From: Balanoglossus misakiensis
Taxonomy: Eukaryota > Animalia > Hemichordata
DNA length: 64,000 bases
Assembly: GCA_040954595.2 (NCBI GenBank)
Contig: CM082579.2
Location: forward strand, 9,599,625-9,663,624
Direction: 5' to 3'
Within the stretch, counting starts at the first letter, position 1. Each line of letters opens with the position of its first letter. Positions 1 through 13,700 of this stretch are shown piece after piece. The notes beneath the pieces are model-generated. The model was not told the DNA's origin, ran no database searches, and was given only the letters and a program-made list of their open reading frames with translations. The position numbers and the translations under genes were made by a program.

Positions 1-14
1 CATGGTAAAGTTAC

Positions 15-100
15 CTTTGCCAATAGATGTTAAAACTTGCGATGAGAAGAAGCGATGACGTCATAATCATCAGCCGTTTCTTGTTGACCCTCGGGAACAT
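15..100 (-). CDS. First coding exon of an unidentified type II membrane/signal-anchor protein (gene continues off the left edge)
   Basis: ATG at 100 reads MFPRVNKKRLMIMTSSLLLIASFNIYWQ, then a GTAAC donor at 14. Upstream acceptor ttccatatag at ~122. Basic residues followed by a hydrophobic stretch resemble the N-terminus of Golgi transferases; family cannot be assigned. Confidence 0.5.
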
Positions 101-224
101 TGTCTCGATGGATGGTAGAATCTATATGGAAAACGTAATGTAGACGAAAAAGACGATAAACATGTTAAATAGGGCTGATTAGCCTCAATGACATAGGCTT
201 TCAGATATATCAAAAGTGGCAAAT

Positions 225-275
225 CGAGGTCGTTCAACATTTTGACCATTCAGAAGGCAGCTATCAGCCTCACAG
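225..275 (+). repeat. Local direct duplication, copy 1 (copy 2 at ~1894-1945)
   Basis: tcgaggtc(g/a)ttcaacattttgaccattcagaaggcagctatcag(c/g)ctcacag occurs twice; weaker similarity continues (atacaca..t.aatcaacga at ~398-420 vs ~1974-1996). Confidence 0.85.
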
Positions 276-2098
276 TCAAGGAACATGTGTTCTAGTTACA
301 TGTCCTAGTTTGTTGTACTTGTGCCATGTAATTTGTTTTCTTTTTCTATATTTCTATGGGCTTGGAGCCTGATTTAAATAAATAAATAAATAAATATATA
401 CACAGTTGAATCAACGAAAATACTTGCCCACGTGCACATGTAATCTTTGACTCCAAATCAATACCTTTACCATTGCGATTGTCTTTTCCCCGTTGTTTTT
501 GAGTGAAGACCGCAGAAATTATAAGGTGGTATTCATTGAATATACAAATGTAAAGTCAATATAAATCCCAATTGCAAACATCTTTGAGATCAACATAAGC
601 TATAACAGCCGCTTCTAATTGGAGGGGGGTTCATCTGAAGACATCACTTTGTCATAACACGCAAATAATATATGGGTCCATGTTATTGCTAGGCGGGAAT
701 TCAATATTTAGCCCGCATTCCTCCGTCTCTTTATCAGAATTGTAACTTTACAGTTTCGATTTGTATTTTTTATCAGCTTAATAGGAGAGAAATTTTCTCT
801 TAAAGGGGATATGAGGAACGGCATAGATTGAGGTCACTTAGTCTGGGCGGGCCGGACCGTAGGTCTGGTCACTGCGGTCTGGTCCCCGCCCGGCCACTTT
901 AGGTAGTATTAGCCAAGTCGATCTTCACGTTGTCGTCCACGTAAACCGTTTTCCCCTTTCCCTAGTAGTCATGATAACTTTACGGCCGTAATTTACGAGT
1001 TATGCTTTTGGGAGTGTTCATTGTAAATTCTTTGTATCAAGTTCTGAACCCGAATTATCGCCTTTGATAGGGGTATAGGTAACGATCTGTATTCACTCCA
1101 CTTTTTGTGCAGTGTACGGTTCCACTTAGACTTGCTCCAAGTCTATGGGTTTCATAATTTCACCATAAATGCATTACAGAAAATTGTGTTCCCAGTCTCT
1201 CTATGTAGCGCGTGTGGATGGTGACCGATACTACCAGCTCATCCCCGAATTCAAAACTCAGTATACCAGAAGCTCGCTCAAACGGCAGACAAACACGCGA
1301 AAAGTGTTGAGAATCGCCAAGCGACTTTGGGTTCCTCTAGTAAGAAAAGTTGTCCGCATGTACTCACCCACCTGTTATAATTAATCCCTTGTCTCAGAGA
1401 TACACTGAATAGCTTCAAGTATCAGATGCACCTTCAAATTTCAAGTAGTACAAAATCTATGTCCAGATGGTGTTTCCTACTGATAGCTAGTCACGGTCGC
1501 GTGTCTGTCACCCAGAACGATTCGAATACAAAATCACCGTGGCGGCCGTAGTAGGGCCTATTCGTCTCGGTACGTTGGTGATCATGCGTACTCACCTAGC
1601 CGTTTTTTTGTTCTTTTTTTACACTTGCCCCAGAACCTGCCTAGAACCTTTTGAAAGCCATAGGGCTTGAATAGAATTAACAGTGGGTGGGGCTGATGTT
1701 TTCCGAAAACTGAAGAGTCCACGGAAAAATACTTGGCCTCCCCCACTTGATTGCCCGAAAATGCTACCACTCCACCTTCTCCATGATCAAACATAACAGG
1801 TTCCCCTGAAAATGCTCTTATACGTGACCCCACTTCATTTAAAACAGGGATGCTTTTATATAATTAGTCCCCGGTCCTTTTGTATGGCAGTCATCGAGGT
1901 CATTCAACATTTTGACCATTCAGAAGGCAGCTATCAGGCTCACAGCACACATTGTTAAGTGTCCTAGATTTTTATACACAATTTAATCAACGACAAACAT
2001 TTCCCTCCCGCTTTAGAAGAGGCGACACTGGCCCAGATGACACGGTCCAGTGCTGACACGGAAGAAACTGTGATTTTGCCGAGTCTCTGCTGACAGAC

Positions 2099-2206
2099 CA
2101 ATCTGATTAAAATCAGATGTAGGGAACCGCGACGTGTTGTTTTTAATGCTATACTAGTAAAACAAAAACAAGTCGCCGTTCCCTACATCTGATTTTAATC
2201 AGATTG
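2099..2206. mobile_element. 108-bp MITE with 35-bp TIRs and 9-bp TSD (Mutator-like)
   Basis: TIR caatctgattaaaatcagatgtagggaac(c/g)gcgac at both ends (1 mismatch), flanked by direct repeat ctgacagac at 2090-2098 and 2207-2215. Confidence 0.85.
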
Positions 2207-2861
2207 CTGACAGACCTAACTACGTGTTTCTATACTTGACCACGCTGTTGGTGGCCACGTATGCACAGCTTTGTGAACACTGTACCGTGATCTGACAGCC
2301 AAAACTTGTAAGGCCCCATAGACCTACTTCAGTACAAACTCCGACCCTTTACACGATCCAAATGTATTGGGTGGCATTTACCAGTGTCATATTAATTAGC
2401 TTCTGTTTTGAATATTTTACAAATTAGTGAATATTTTACATTATTTATTTGTTTCCCCGAAAAGAACGCCTAATTCGCCTGTGGCGTGAACAGATTGTTC
2501 TGCTTTTTTGGTCTCGCGTCGAGTTTTCCACTCAAGTTGATAAAACAAAACAAATCACCACGTAAGTGAACAAAAGTCGATAATTTATGCAAAAACAAAA
2601 GTGAATTTCGTGCTTTCTCCAGTATACCCAGCTGTTGTTTGCTGGTAACAAATCTTCAGGAGGCATTGTATTTAGACTTCTTAATTGAGTAAAAAGATAA
2701 AATCGTGAATTTTTAGGAAAACACGAATTAGTACAGAAATTTCCTAAAATAAACCAGATTCTCGTTAACTATATTATGTGTGGGGGAAAGCATGGAAAAA
2801 AGGAGAAATAATCGATTAAAATTAAGTTTCGTTAAAGGCGTATCTCAACCTTAAACGTCAG

Positions 2862-3522
2862 TTAAAGGGGCCCCCCAAGTCAAGCCAATTTTCACTGTTC
2901 TATGATCCAAAATACCCATTTCACAAATCCTGACTTGATTCGCATTCATACGTGCCCGCGTTGCTGAGATCGGCACTGCGTACATCTTGCATTGTCTTGG
3001 CGTGATAGCGCGTCCAGACCATGGGCGCGAAAAGGCTCATGGGAGTTTTGGGCGTGACGTCATTTACGATATGATACATCCAGTACATTGTGCGCACGCA
3101 CGGCGTAGGCTTGCCTAATCACGAATCCACCGCACAAGTTATGAAGATTTCTGAAAGTGACACCTCCGAAACAGAATGTTTTTTTTTTTTCTAATGAAAA
3201 CAAACCCTACCAGTCTGTTATATTTCGACATTAAAATGATTGCTATAGGCCTAGCCTAGCCTAAATAAATGACGTGTTTTGTGATAAAATCCTCGTTTGT
3301 ATTTTCCTTTCCCGGATTTCACTTTCAATGTTGAGCTATGATAAATAACGTTTAAACTACAAACTAATTGATGTCGAAATGAATAACACAATTTCAACTT
3401 TACTGTTAGTACTGATGAAAAGAAATGTATTTCAAGTTTTCGGACAAATTGTGAAGACGATTACTAGTATACAAATCAAAATCAAATGCGTGACAATTGG
3501 CTTGACTTGGGGGCCCCTTTAA
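2862..3522. mobile_element. TTAA-flanked MITE, Kolobok/T2-like termini
   Basis: ttaa|aggggccccccaagtcaagccaatt ... aattggcttgacttgggggcccct|ttaa; no transposase ORF. Confidence 0.85.
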
Positions 3523-4438
3523 ACACTTGTGCCCATCTGTGACTCGGGCGCTAAAAATTTGGAAGTTGTTAAAAGTACTGGAAACAATGTTTGTTTGTAT
3601 GGTGAAAACCAAACAAAAAACATGCTAACTTCGCTTTTCTTCGTACAGATGTTGACTTTGAAATACCCCCCCCCCCAAAAAAAAAAAAATCACTTTTAAA
3701 CCAGTTTGTTTGTCTACGTGCGTTTATTCATATTTCAAAGGTGCGTGTGTTTACAGGTAACACAAATTACACACATGATTAGAACTAGAACCTAAGAAAG
3801 GGTTACTCGAATACGTTATGAACACAGAATAACTATTTAAACAGGGAAATGCTACATTTATTATTATGAACAATTTATATAATTGTCATTACCACAAAAC
3901 AAAATTTAAAGTGAATTATACACTATGTACAAAAGTGAAATTTCAGGCAATGCAAGATAAACGTTTTGGCAGTCAACTCCGTAAAAACATACTTCCTGTA
4001 TAATTACAGGTTACACTGGCACTTTTTTCTTTCTCAGACTATATTCTGTTATTAAGCTCATTATTTGTACAGAGAAAAGCAGGGTTCGAATAGCATACAG
4101 AGTGGTTGTATCTCCGTGAAGTCAAAAGTAGTCACATGACATTAACTATTCTTCGATATCAAATGACGTCCGACGCGCTCAGGCGGCAGTTACGTTGGCA
4201 TTCAAATTTCCAGATGACGGGCAACTTCAGCAAAGTGGTCCAGACAAACACTGTGCAGACGAAACTCCATGAGGCTGATGAGGCACCATACCTGATACAT
4301 GTTAAGTGTCTGGCGGTTCCTAAAGTAAAAACATACTCGGAAAAACTTTTACTGGATGCCGAAATATTGCTTGCCCGTCACCTGGAAATGATAACGCCGT
4401 GGGTCACATGGCCAGAGCACGTGATTGATACTAAATAA

Positions 4439-4444
4439 TTTATT
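4439..4444 (-). promoter_or_regulatory. Candidate polyadenylation signal of NuMA
   Basis: AATAAA on the minus strand (tttatt) ~320 bp after the predicted stop. Confidence 0.45.
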
Positions 4445-4766
4445 GTGTTCTCATAAAACTGAGTGTTACACTATGTAATAATACTAATCTATCTCTAGTG
4501 ACAAGTCTAGTCGTGAAGTTCTTGTTTCGGCACAACTTTAACCCATTCAACTTTTTTTTCATATTTCAGAAAGAGAGTGACGCGAAAAAAATATATTGCA
4601 ACTGTATAATTATCACTATAAATAATGATAAAAAGTGTGCAGCTCCAGGGGGGGGGGGGGGGGGGGTAATCTCTCCGAAAGCCAGTGTTGCCAAGCAACG
4701 CAGCACCCACGTTGAACGACAAGACCTGCCGTCAAATTTGCAGCTCGCAGAAGTATGACAGACTGG

Positions 4767-7700
4767 TTACTTTTTGGTCTGTGTCTTCTTGCCTTTATCC
4801 GGCTGAAGGAAGGAAGGAAACAGAAGTGTCGTTAAAAAAGTCATCAATAAGGCATTTTAAGTTGGGATATTCTTAAAAGTTCGGGGATAGTGATTCTCGA
4901 CGACTCGTAAGTTCGTTATAAACAGGCAGGCGTGTCAGCGACATGAATTCTTCCAGTTCTCGAACCTGAGCTGAACAGAGAATCACTGGCCCACAGCAGA
5001 AAAACCAACATGTCAAGTGAAGGGGACAAAGTATTCACAGGTAAAAGGTAATGTAATGGGCAAAGGTGCTATGTGCCAATGGCAACACACCCTCTTTTTC
5101 ATAAGTCTAGCGCCCCCACACGTAGCCATCATTAAAGGTATACGGTCACCCATGGAAAATTAGCTATAGTTACCATGGCAAAATGAGACCTAGCCAATCA
5201 CTGATTTTCAGTGGGTGGCACACGCGAAAAAAAAGAGCGCCACCATATGTTCTTTAGAACGCCCAAATACGCCATTTCAGCCATATATGGGCGTATGTAA
5301 GTTGGAGGTGACTGTATACCTTTAATTTCAACTCAAAGTGGGGCCAACTGGGACAGTTGACGAATCACATCAGGGGTGTTCCCCATTGGCCTCGCTTTGC
5401 GTTGGATGGCTGAGCGAGGGCTCTTGACTTATGAAAACGGTGTATTGATTGGCTATTACAACAAACAGGGTAAATCTGGGAACAAAGTACCAAATCACTA
5501 TATACATGTACATTTAATATATCTTAGCATCAAATGAATTGTCACCAAGACTACATGTAATAAAAGCTGGCAAGGTATTAAACCAGTTGAATGTTATCAG
5601 CCCACCTTGAGAAAATTAGCGGCTCTTTGCTTCAGTCTCATGCTGGTTCTGAATTTGGGTTTCTGTTTCTGCGGAGTGAAGCCGATGCTAAACGCAACAT
5701 TATCTTTCTTGACTTCAGTTGCCTGTCAAAAAAAAAAAAAAAGGAGAGACGTTTCTTTAGTGACTGGCTTGAGAGAAATGATATGTTCATTACCCCCATC
5801 CCCCCTCGTTTGGTTTCACACGGAAAGTTCAAAGCTTGTTATTTTTCATCACATTCTTGCATTATTCGTGCATCCGTACTGAATAGTGTTGCTATATTGG
5901 CCAGACAATGTAACCCCAGGTACACGTCACCTCATGCTTTCGAACGCCAACGGCTATGAACTGACTGACTCCCCAGTGATATTGTCATGCAGTCAAAACT
6001 GTCTGTATTGAATTGTGATTCCGCACAAATGACTCCAGGGTTCTCCCCACTCTGGTCGGAACCAAACAACCAGCACTCAAATGAAAAAGCTAGCAAATAA
6101 AGGCTTCCATTAGCCATTGCGTACTCAATCCAGTATTTTGTCTCATTTTGATACACCGATGACTGGGTTCGACTAGCGAGAGACATGAATTCTAATGAGC
6201 ATGAATATTAATGATAATGAATATTAATGAGTAGCCAGCACTCAAGTCAAGCTGGCTGGAACACCGTGATTCTAATAAATTAGACTACCTGTGTTTGTTG
6301 TGTGTTATGGGCTGAGGGTGCTGGACACTCCAGCAATGTAGCTCGTCTTCGATTTGACAGCGCCCGCAACTAAACAGAAAGAGGCGAAAACACGGGTTTA
6401 GATTTGAGTGTAGGGATAAGCATCTGTTATTTTGGTATCTGAGAATCTGCCAGGGCAATATTATGAAGCAATTTCAGTATACATAGTATTTAGAGGTTAT
6501 AAATCGCAACGCTCAGGTATTCAGTAATGGATATACAACCTCTTTAATAATGTGAACATCAGCAAGTTCGGCAAACTGAGGTGACTACTGTAAAACACTT
6601 TATTTTCGCGAGCAATTAATTTTCGCCAAATACGCGAGAGCCAAATTTAGCACGAAAATAAAAAGTCGCGTCAATTGTTTTTGAAGATAGCGATGCAGCG
6701 AATGAGATAAGAGAACGCGAAAATTAATACTCGCGAAACAGTGGCCTCTCTCGATATCGCGAAAAATTGAACTCACGAAAATAACGTGTTTTACAGTATT
6801 TCACCCAAATAAGCTAATGAATGTTTATTGGGAAAATAACCCGTTTCACAGTAATATACTCAATGCATTATTTCCTGATGTCATACCTTGCGAGGCGACG
6901 GGTCGTTGCCGTCGCCAACGCCGGCTTTCCGCTTCCTCTGCTCGACGTTCTCCTTCAAGTTCTTCTCCTCCGCTTTGCCCGGCGTTGCATACTGGGTCTC
7001 GATCGGGTAGGCGGATCTCATGTGGGGCAGACACAGTGTGTTGCGCCTCTGTAGCTCGGACACCCGGCCCCAGTCAAAGTGCTCCGGCTCGTCCTCGCAG
7101 GTGTTCATGAAGACGAAACCGGCTCGCGCTGAAAAAATCACAAAAAAAGAACCCACAAGACTGAGTGTGAGTAAAATCACCGTCACTACCCTACTTTCCT
7201 CTGGCTGGCGGCAATACAAAATGGAGCAAAAAATTCAGATTCTGTGAAACCTGTCTGATCAGTGTCATAAAATTAAAATAGAAGTATGTTAAAGGGAAGC
7301 GATAGTCGTGCGGTAGGGTGTCCCCCTTGATGAGAATATATCCTCCCATACCAGCGCAAACCTCACTGCAGTCGCCACGACCTACTAGGATCTTCAGTTG
7401 CTGTCATGCCCTGTCAACGCTACGGTTGGCTTCTTCGTTCATTCTCAGAATGATCTAATTTCAGGGATTTGTGGATTAATTGTAATGTTTATAAACAAAC
7501 AAACGTGGCGCGACCACCACTTCCCTTTAACTGTTCACATGCATTTACACATAACATTACAGTCTTAAATGAATTGTGTGGTTTATTTTTGCAGTAATGA
7601 TGCACTTTGTACTGGAGTCAATGAGGCTTGTTAGCAGAATGGTAAATACTTGTTTGTCTGTACAGAACAACCGCATGTGTCAAAACTCGCATTGCTGCAT

Positions 7701-10700
7701 GGCAGTGTGTTAGTGTGTTTAATAAGTGAGTGACTGCAATTTTAACTCTTTCACCCCAAAATCCCTCTTATTATAGAGGTCCAACTTTATCAAAGAAAAC
7801 AATGGATTCGGACCGAACCAAGGTGGTGAGAGGGTTAAAGGACTATGACTCGCTGAGCGAAAGCGTAGGAATGGCAGAGAAAATGCAAATCCAAAAGATC
7901 TGAGGCATGTACCTGTGCTGTTTGAAGTCTTTGATGTACATAGCCACGTGAAAGCGTCAACAGAAAACGGAAAATTCAACAAGAGCAACAGATAGAGAAA
8001 CAGAGTGAATTTGCCAATACCATACCCTGAAATTCAATTTTTGAAAATAAAAGACATGAAATGATGAAAAGACACAAAAAAACATGAGTAGCAGAATGAT
8101 CACCTAGGTGGGGTTGATGAAATTTTTTTTTTTTCGTTCATAATGAAAAAAACATAGGCTTTGATTGAACACTCAAGGGTGTTTGGTTCATGATTCTCTG
8201 CAGTAGACAAATCATCTGTTATGATATTTGGTTATCAATAATTGATGTAAAGAGAGGTTTTGACTTAAAGAGGTACAGAAGCCAAGGCAGTATTGATGGT
8301 GATTTCTGACTTAGAAGAGTTGTTAAAAGATGGATCAGTATCGGGGTGGTTATCAGTGAACTTGCAGAATGCTGAACTGTACGTCATAAAGCATTGTTTC
8401 TTTTCTTGACAAGACAATGCAGCGGATGAATAAGAGGAGATTGGTGGTAGGGAGTTATGAAGGTGCTGCTGTTATTTGCATAGCACAGTCCTGAAGATCT
8501 TAGCAATCCCATTAAAAGGATTGTGAACAAAAATCCAAATCATATTTCAACTTGTTTCATGATGCAATGGAATTTAACTCCTTTGACAAAGCAACCCACA
8601 GACAAGCTTGGCAGAGATGGAGAATCATATTCAATCCGAACACTGATAGGTGTGGAACAGCCGAGAAATTAACATAATAGTGATATGTTAGTGATGGAGG
8701 CAGTTATTTTGGGATGAGAATATTTGACAATGGCTAATTAATTTGTTTGCATTGTTATGTGTTGTGTAGACTTCAGCCAACCAATGGATGTAGTTAGTAT
8801 TTAACCATTTCAACACAAACTAAAAAAAAACATTAAAGAAGTAAAGACATTAAAATGAAGTGACGTAGAGTTTGGTTGAATGATTATAATGGGAACCACT
8901 TAGAGTTATTAATGTCATCCAACTTGCACATGGTCATGAGTTTGTTTGGAGTCTACCAAAATAAATTTCAGTTGCCTCTAGCAGATAAGCACAAATCAAA
9001 ATGGTATACTATCAAGTCAGTGTGCAAAAGCTGCTAACATGATAAAATTCTTACAGAAACAACCAGAACACACACACAAAAGTGCAAATATCTGACTGAT
9101 TCAGACTGGCCAAAAGGGCAGCGATACAAATAAATATGCAAATCACGCTATGCAAATTAGTCACCTATCTACAATTTTCATTCACAGATCATGTAAGCAA
9201 AACCTGACACATGGGCACCGGATGACAGAGTGGCTTTCATTGGCTACTGACCTGTCGTCTGTTTGCTAGCCGCAGGCCCGCCTACGCTAGACGTACTCGT
9301 GGCCAACTCGGGGATGGTATTGCCAAACTCCAGAAAGGAGCTGGCGTTGCTCATGTTCAAACTTTTCTTGCTTGTCATGGTAATCTCAAAGAGGGTGGAT
9401 CCACCTGAACAACGACAGAGAGAGATCGAATTCAGGGCTTGATCACAATGGCATTTCAGCTACAGTTACAAGCTGAAACGCCAATCGCAATGCAAGAAAT
9501 CAGAATATCTTACAAGATTTTTTGTATATCATCATGAGTACATGTATGACACATTTCATGTCAAAATTTTATTTTTCAGAACTAATCAGCCTAATACTAT
9601 AGTAACCAACTATATGATATCAAATAACCTATAGGTAGTAACCTATCATTCAAAGACACAGCTGAGCAATATTTTTTAAATTTACATTCAGAAGAGCCAT
9701 TTTGGGAGCTTTTCAGATTGCACATTTCATAAATTTTCACTCTGCAAGACTGTATAGTATAATGTTGACAAAACAAGTTTATCACCAGTATAATTTATAT
9801 GATTATAACAAGAATATTATGTTTAGGTCATTTTCAAATTTCTATAATGTTCCAGGGACTGTCTAGAACTATTTAGAGGGGGGGGGGGGGGTTTGGATTA
9901 GATGATAGTACTGAAAGAAAACCATTTTGCTGACAATGACAGAAGCCTGATCAATTTTTTTAAAAATAACATCGAACTTGGCTATGTGGTCGTACAATGG
10001 TGACAGCATACACATTTCATTTAAATAACACAGAAGGTGAGACTAAGTCATTGTTAAGATTCGATCTTTACAAAACATGCAACGTTAGTTGGATAAAATT
10101 ATACAATGGAAGGTTATGGTTCGTTGATGCTGGGTTCATACAAACTTGAACTTAAATTATTGATGAAATGGGAAATCTAGAATATAAATCAGAAAAGGTG
10201 ATTTTTTTGACAACTGATATTCAAAGTATCTTGTGAAACATGACGACTAAAATATTAAGATAAGAAGAACCCCAAACTGGATGGCATGTGCTGCAAGAAT
10301 TTCTCCTTGCGGAATTTTTCGCAAAACCAGTCTGACGTTACACACCTTTGCTTCTGTTTGATTCAAAGCCGTCGAAATCCATCATCATGGAATCGGGAGA
10401 GCCAAAGTGACTCCTGCCACTGAAGTTCATTCCCAGGTCGGAGAGATTGAGCGTGGCGTCGTGGAAACCCGCCTTGTCGTTCCTCAGCGACTCCTCCTCC
10501 CCTTCCAGTCCGAGGGGGATCTCCTCCTCCTCCTCCACCCCCGCTGTAGTGTTGGCGCTTGGTGATATGTTGACAGGCTCCACTTTATTCTGGTTGTCCC
10601 TGATCAGCTTGTTGGCAAAGTCCAGCTGGAGATAAAATTGGAAGGACCCTTGACATATGATTTAATACACAGGTCTTTGCGAGAGTACAGACAAGAATGG

Positions 10701-13700
10701 AATCATCATTTTTTTATTTCTGCCAGTCATGCCAAAATTGCCCTGTTTATAGGAATAACATATCTATCCTAGTATAAAGTTGGTGCATTGAAGTAAAGGG
10801 TGAGAAAACACATTTTGCAAAAGACTATTTTCACCATGAAGCACAGATTTCGATTCTATGGTGAAATTGTCCAGCATGCAAATTAGCCCCGACTCTATGA
10901 TTTTTTCCTGGGGAGAACCCTGTACTTGTAAGAAAACACTACAGGAAAAAGAGAAAACTTGGAACTCAATTTGACTTTATAAAAACAATCAAAAGAAACA
11001 CAAGCCAAGTCCCAGAGTGTTACAAACCTGTACTTCCAGATTTCTGAGTCTTTGTGACAGAGATGTGTTTGTCTTCTTTTCTTCTTGAAGTCGTAGATTA
11101 ACTTCTCTGACTTCCTGTCTGTAGGAAGCGTCTTTCTCCTTCAATGAAACGCGCTGTTTTGAAACAATAAATTTAAAACGGCTCAGTATTGCACTACAGT
11201 ATGTCATCGGTGACCACATTTTACTGGAAATGCAATCAGACTTGCTCTAGTATACCAGAAAAAATGTAGTCATAGTGGGACTGTTAGCAGAATCGTTACG
11301 GAGGTTCCAAATTCCTTTACAGCCCTTTATAGTTACATACACCTATCAATCATCCTCCTATACTCTAACAAACCACCCAAAGGAAGGATAAACAGTCGCA
11401 ATTATCTAGTCTACCACTACCTGTGATACCTGCGCCATATTAATAAATTAACCACCCATAGCCTTACCTCAGTTTGTAGAGCCTGAACTTCACCTTGCAG
11501 CCGACTGTTTTCTGACGACAGCTTCTTACACTTCTCAATTTCTGTAGACAGCTTCTCGTTGCTTTTTTCGGAGACCGACTTCACCACGTGCAGCTCCCGC
11601 ACCACTTTCTGCAGCCTGGCCTTGTACTGGTCGCCCCTGGCCTCGCTCTCCTTCATCTTCCTCTCCATCTCCCGGTTGATGGTGTTGTAGTTCTTGCGCT
11701 GGTTGGTGATCTTCAGCAGCTCGGCCTCCAGGTCCCGCCTCAGGCTCTGCGTCCGGTTCGCTTCCGTGACCGACCTCTCGTCCGCGGCTCGCATCTTCGC
11801 CTCGAGCGCCTTTTCCATTTCTTGGATCCTCCGGGTGGCCTCGTCTTCCGTCTCGGCGTTCTCCTGCGTCTTCCGGACGACTTCCGCTCGCTGCTTCTCG
11901 GTCTCCGCCCGGGCGGCGTCGCGTTCCTTCCGCAGCTCGTCCAGTTTGCACCCGAGTTCTGCCTTCGTCCGTTCCAGCTCGGCTTTGCAGGAGTCCCTCT
12001 CCTTCCTGGCATCTTCCAGGCCCTCCACCTCCTTCTCGTACTGCTCCTTCTCGGCCTGGCGCCGACTCTCGCCGGACTTGAGCCTCTCCCGCAGCTCGGC
12101 CACCACGGACGACCGCTCGTCCAGGGCCCGCTGGCACTCCTCGCTGATGTTCCTGTTCATGTCTTCGTATGCCTTGGCGTCGGACGCCATCTTGGCTTTC
12201 AGTTTCTCGCTGTACTTCTGCGCCGCCGCGACCTCCTCCGCCAGGGCCTTCGTCTTCTCCGCCTCCGCCCACCTCTGGTTCTCCCAGGCCGTCTGCTGCT
12301 GCTGCTGGCAGCGCTTGAGACCCAGCACCTCCTCCTGCAGCTGGAACTCCCGGTCCCGCGACTGGCTCTTCAGAGTCTGCGTCTCCTCGTTCAGTTTCTC
12401 GATCATGCCCTTGAAGAACGCCTGCTGGTCACGCAGCTGTCTCTCCAGGGCGTCGGCCTTCCTTCCCTCGTCCTCGACCCCGTGCCTCTGTCTCTCCGCG
12501 GCCGTCCTGTACTGCTCGCACTCGTTCTCCACGGTGGACATCTTCTGCTTCACGGCCGCGCATTCAAGTTCCAGCCGGTTGCGCTCCGCTGCGATCGCCT
12601 CCTTCGCCTTTTCTGCCGACGCTAGACTGTCTTTCAGTTTCTCCACCTCGCCGGTCAAACCTGCCCTGTGCGTTTCCCCAGCCTCTTTCACCGCCTGCAG
12701 GGACGAACTCAAGCGCTCTACCTCGGCTCTGTTCGTCTCCGCTTCCTTCTCCGCCTCCCCGGCTACGTTTCGCAGTCTCAGAACCTCCCGCTGTAACGAT
12801 GAGCTTTCCTCAGCCAGCCTCCCCTTTTCTAAATCTGCCTGCTTCAGTTGGGTGTTCAAGCTTTCCAATTCAGAGTTCTGTGATCCCACAATCCTTTCCA
12901 TTTCGCACTTGGCGTCTTGCATGGATGCCGCCAACCGACCATTTTCTGTTTCCTTGGTAGCCACATCCTCCATTAGCCTCTGCACTTCACTCTGAAGTGC
13001 CATCGCTTGCGTGTTTACTTGTCGGTAACTTTCCTGAAATTGTTCAAGGTTTAAAATGAGCGATGACCCACAAGTTTGGAATATTGTATGTAAGACTGTA
13101 AAACACCCCGTTTGTAGGATATGACAGTAAAATAAAAATCTCGCCCCAAATGAATAAACGGTAGAGACGGATTATTCATTTTGGCGAGATTATCACTCCT
13201 GTGTGTACAAGTGGGATGGAGGTTGTGTGTGATCAAACGTTGATTCACTTTAATATATCCACATGTAGAATAAGAATAACATAAATAGTGTCTTGTATCA
13301 AACATAACTAATGGAAAAGGAGCAGCGAGAGAAAAGAGAGACTTTGTCCCTTTAATGAAAAAAAAATGTAGATGTCACAAGCAAAGATGTGTATTTCCGT
13401 TGCATCTTACCGAGATCTGTTCCTTGGCAGTGTGCAGTGACAACATTTCCTTTTTCAGTTGATGAAGTTGCTCCGCAGGTACATAGGTAGCTTTCAAATT
13501 TGCGTTCTCTTTTTCCAGATCCATTATCCTTTGTTCCAGAATCAGTCCCATGGATTCCCCGCTCGGTTCCTCATTGGCTGAAAAAAAGGTTGACAAACAG
13601 ACAATAAGTGTCACTTTGAGATCTCCCATTCAGGTCGGTGCATTTTTATTTGCATATGGCTACTAAAGGAAGCCAAACTTCTGGCCATTATTACTGAAGA

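Noticed and set aside
7352-7381. In-frame 30-nt candidate NuMA micro-exon
   Set aside because: Lies inside a degenerate MITE with a weak acceptor; the flanking exons already join in phase.
11535-12995. Long overlapping ORFs of 433, 345 and 245 aa on the opposite strand or in alternative frames
   Set aside because: Shadows of the GC3-rich NuMA coiled-coil exon; low-complexity translations with no independent gene signals.
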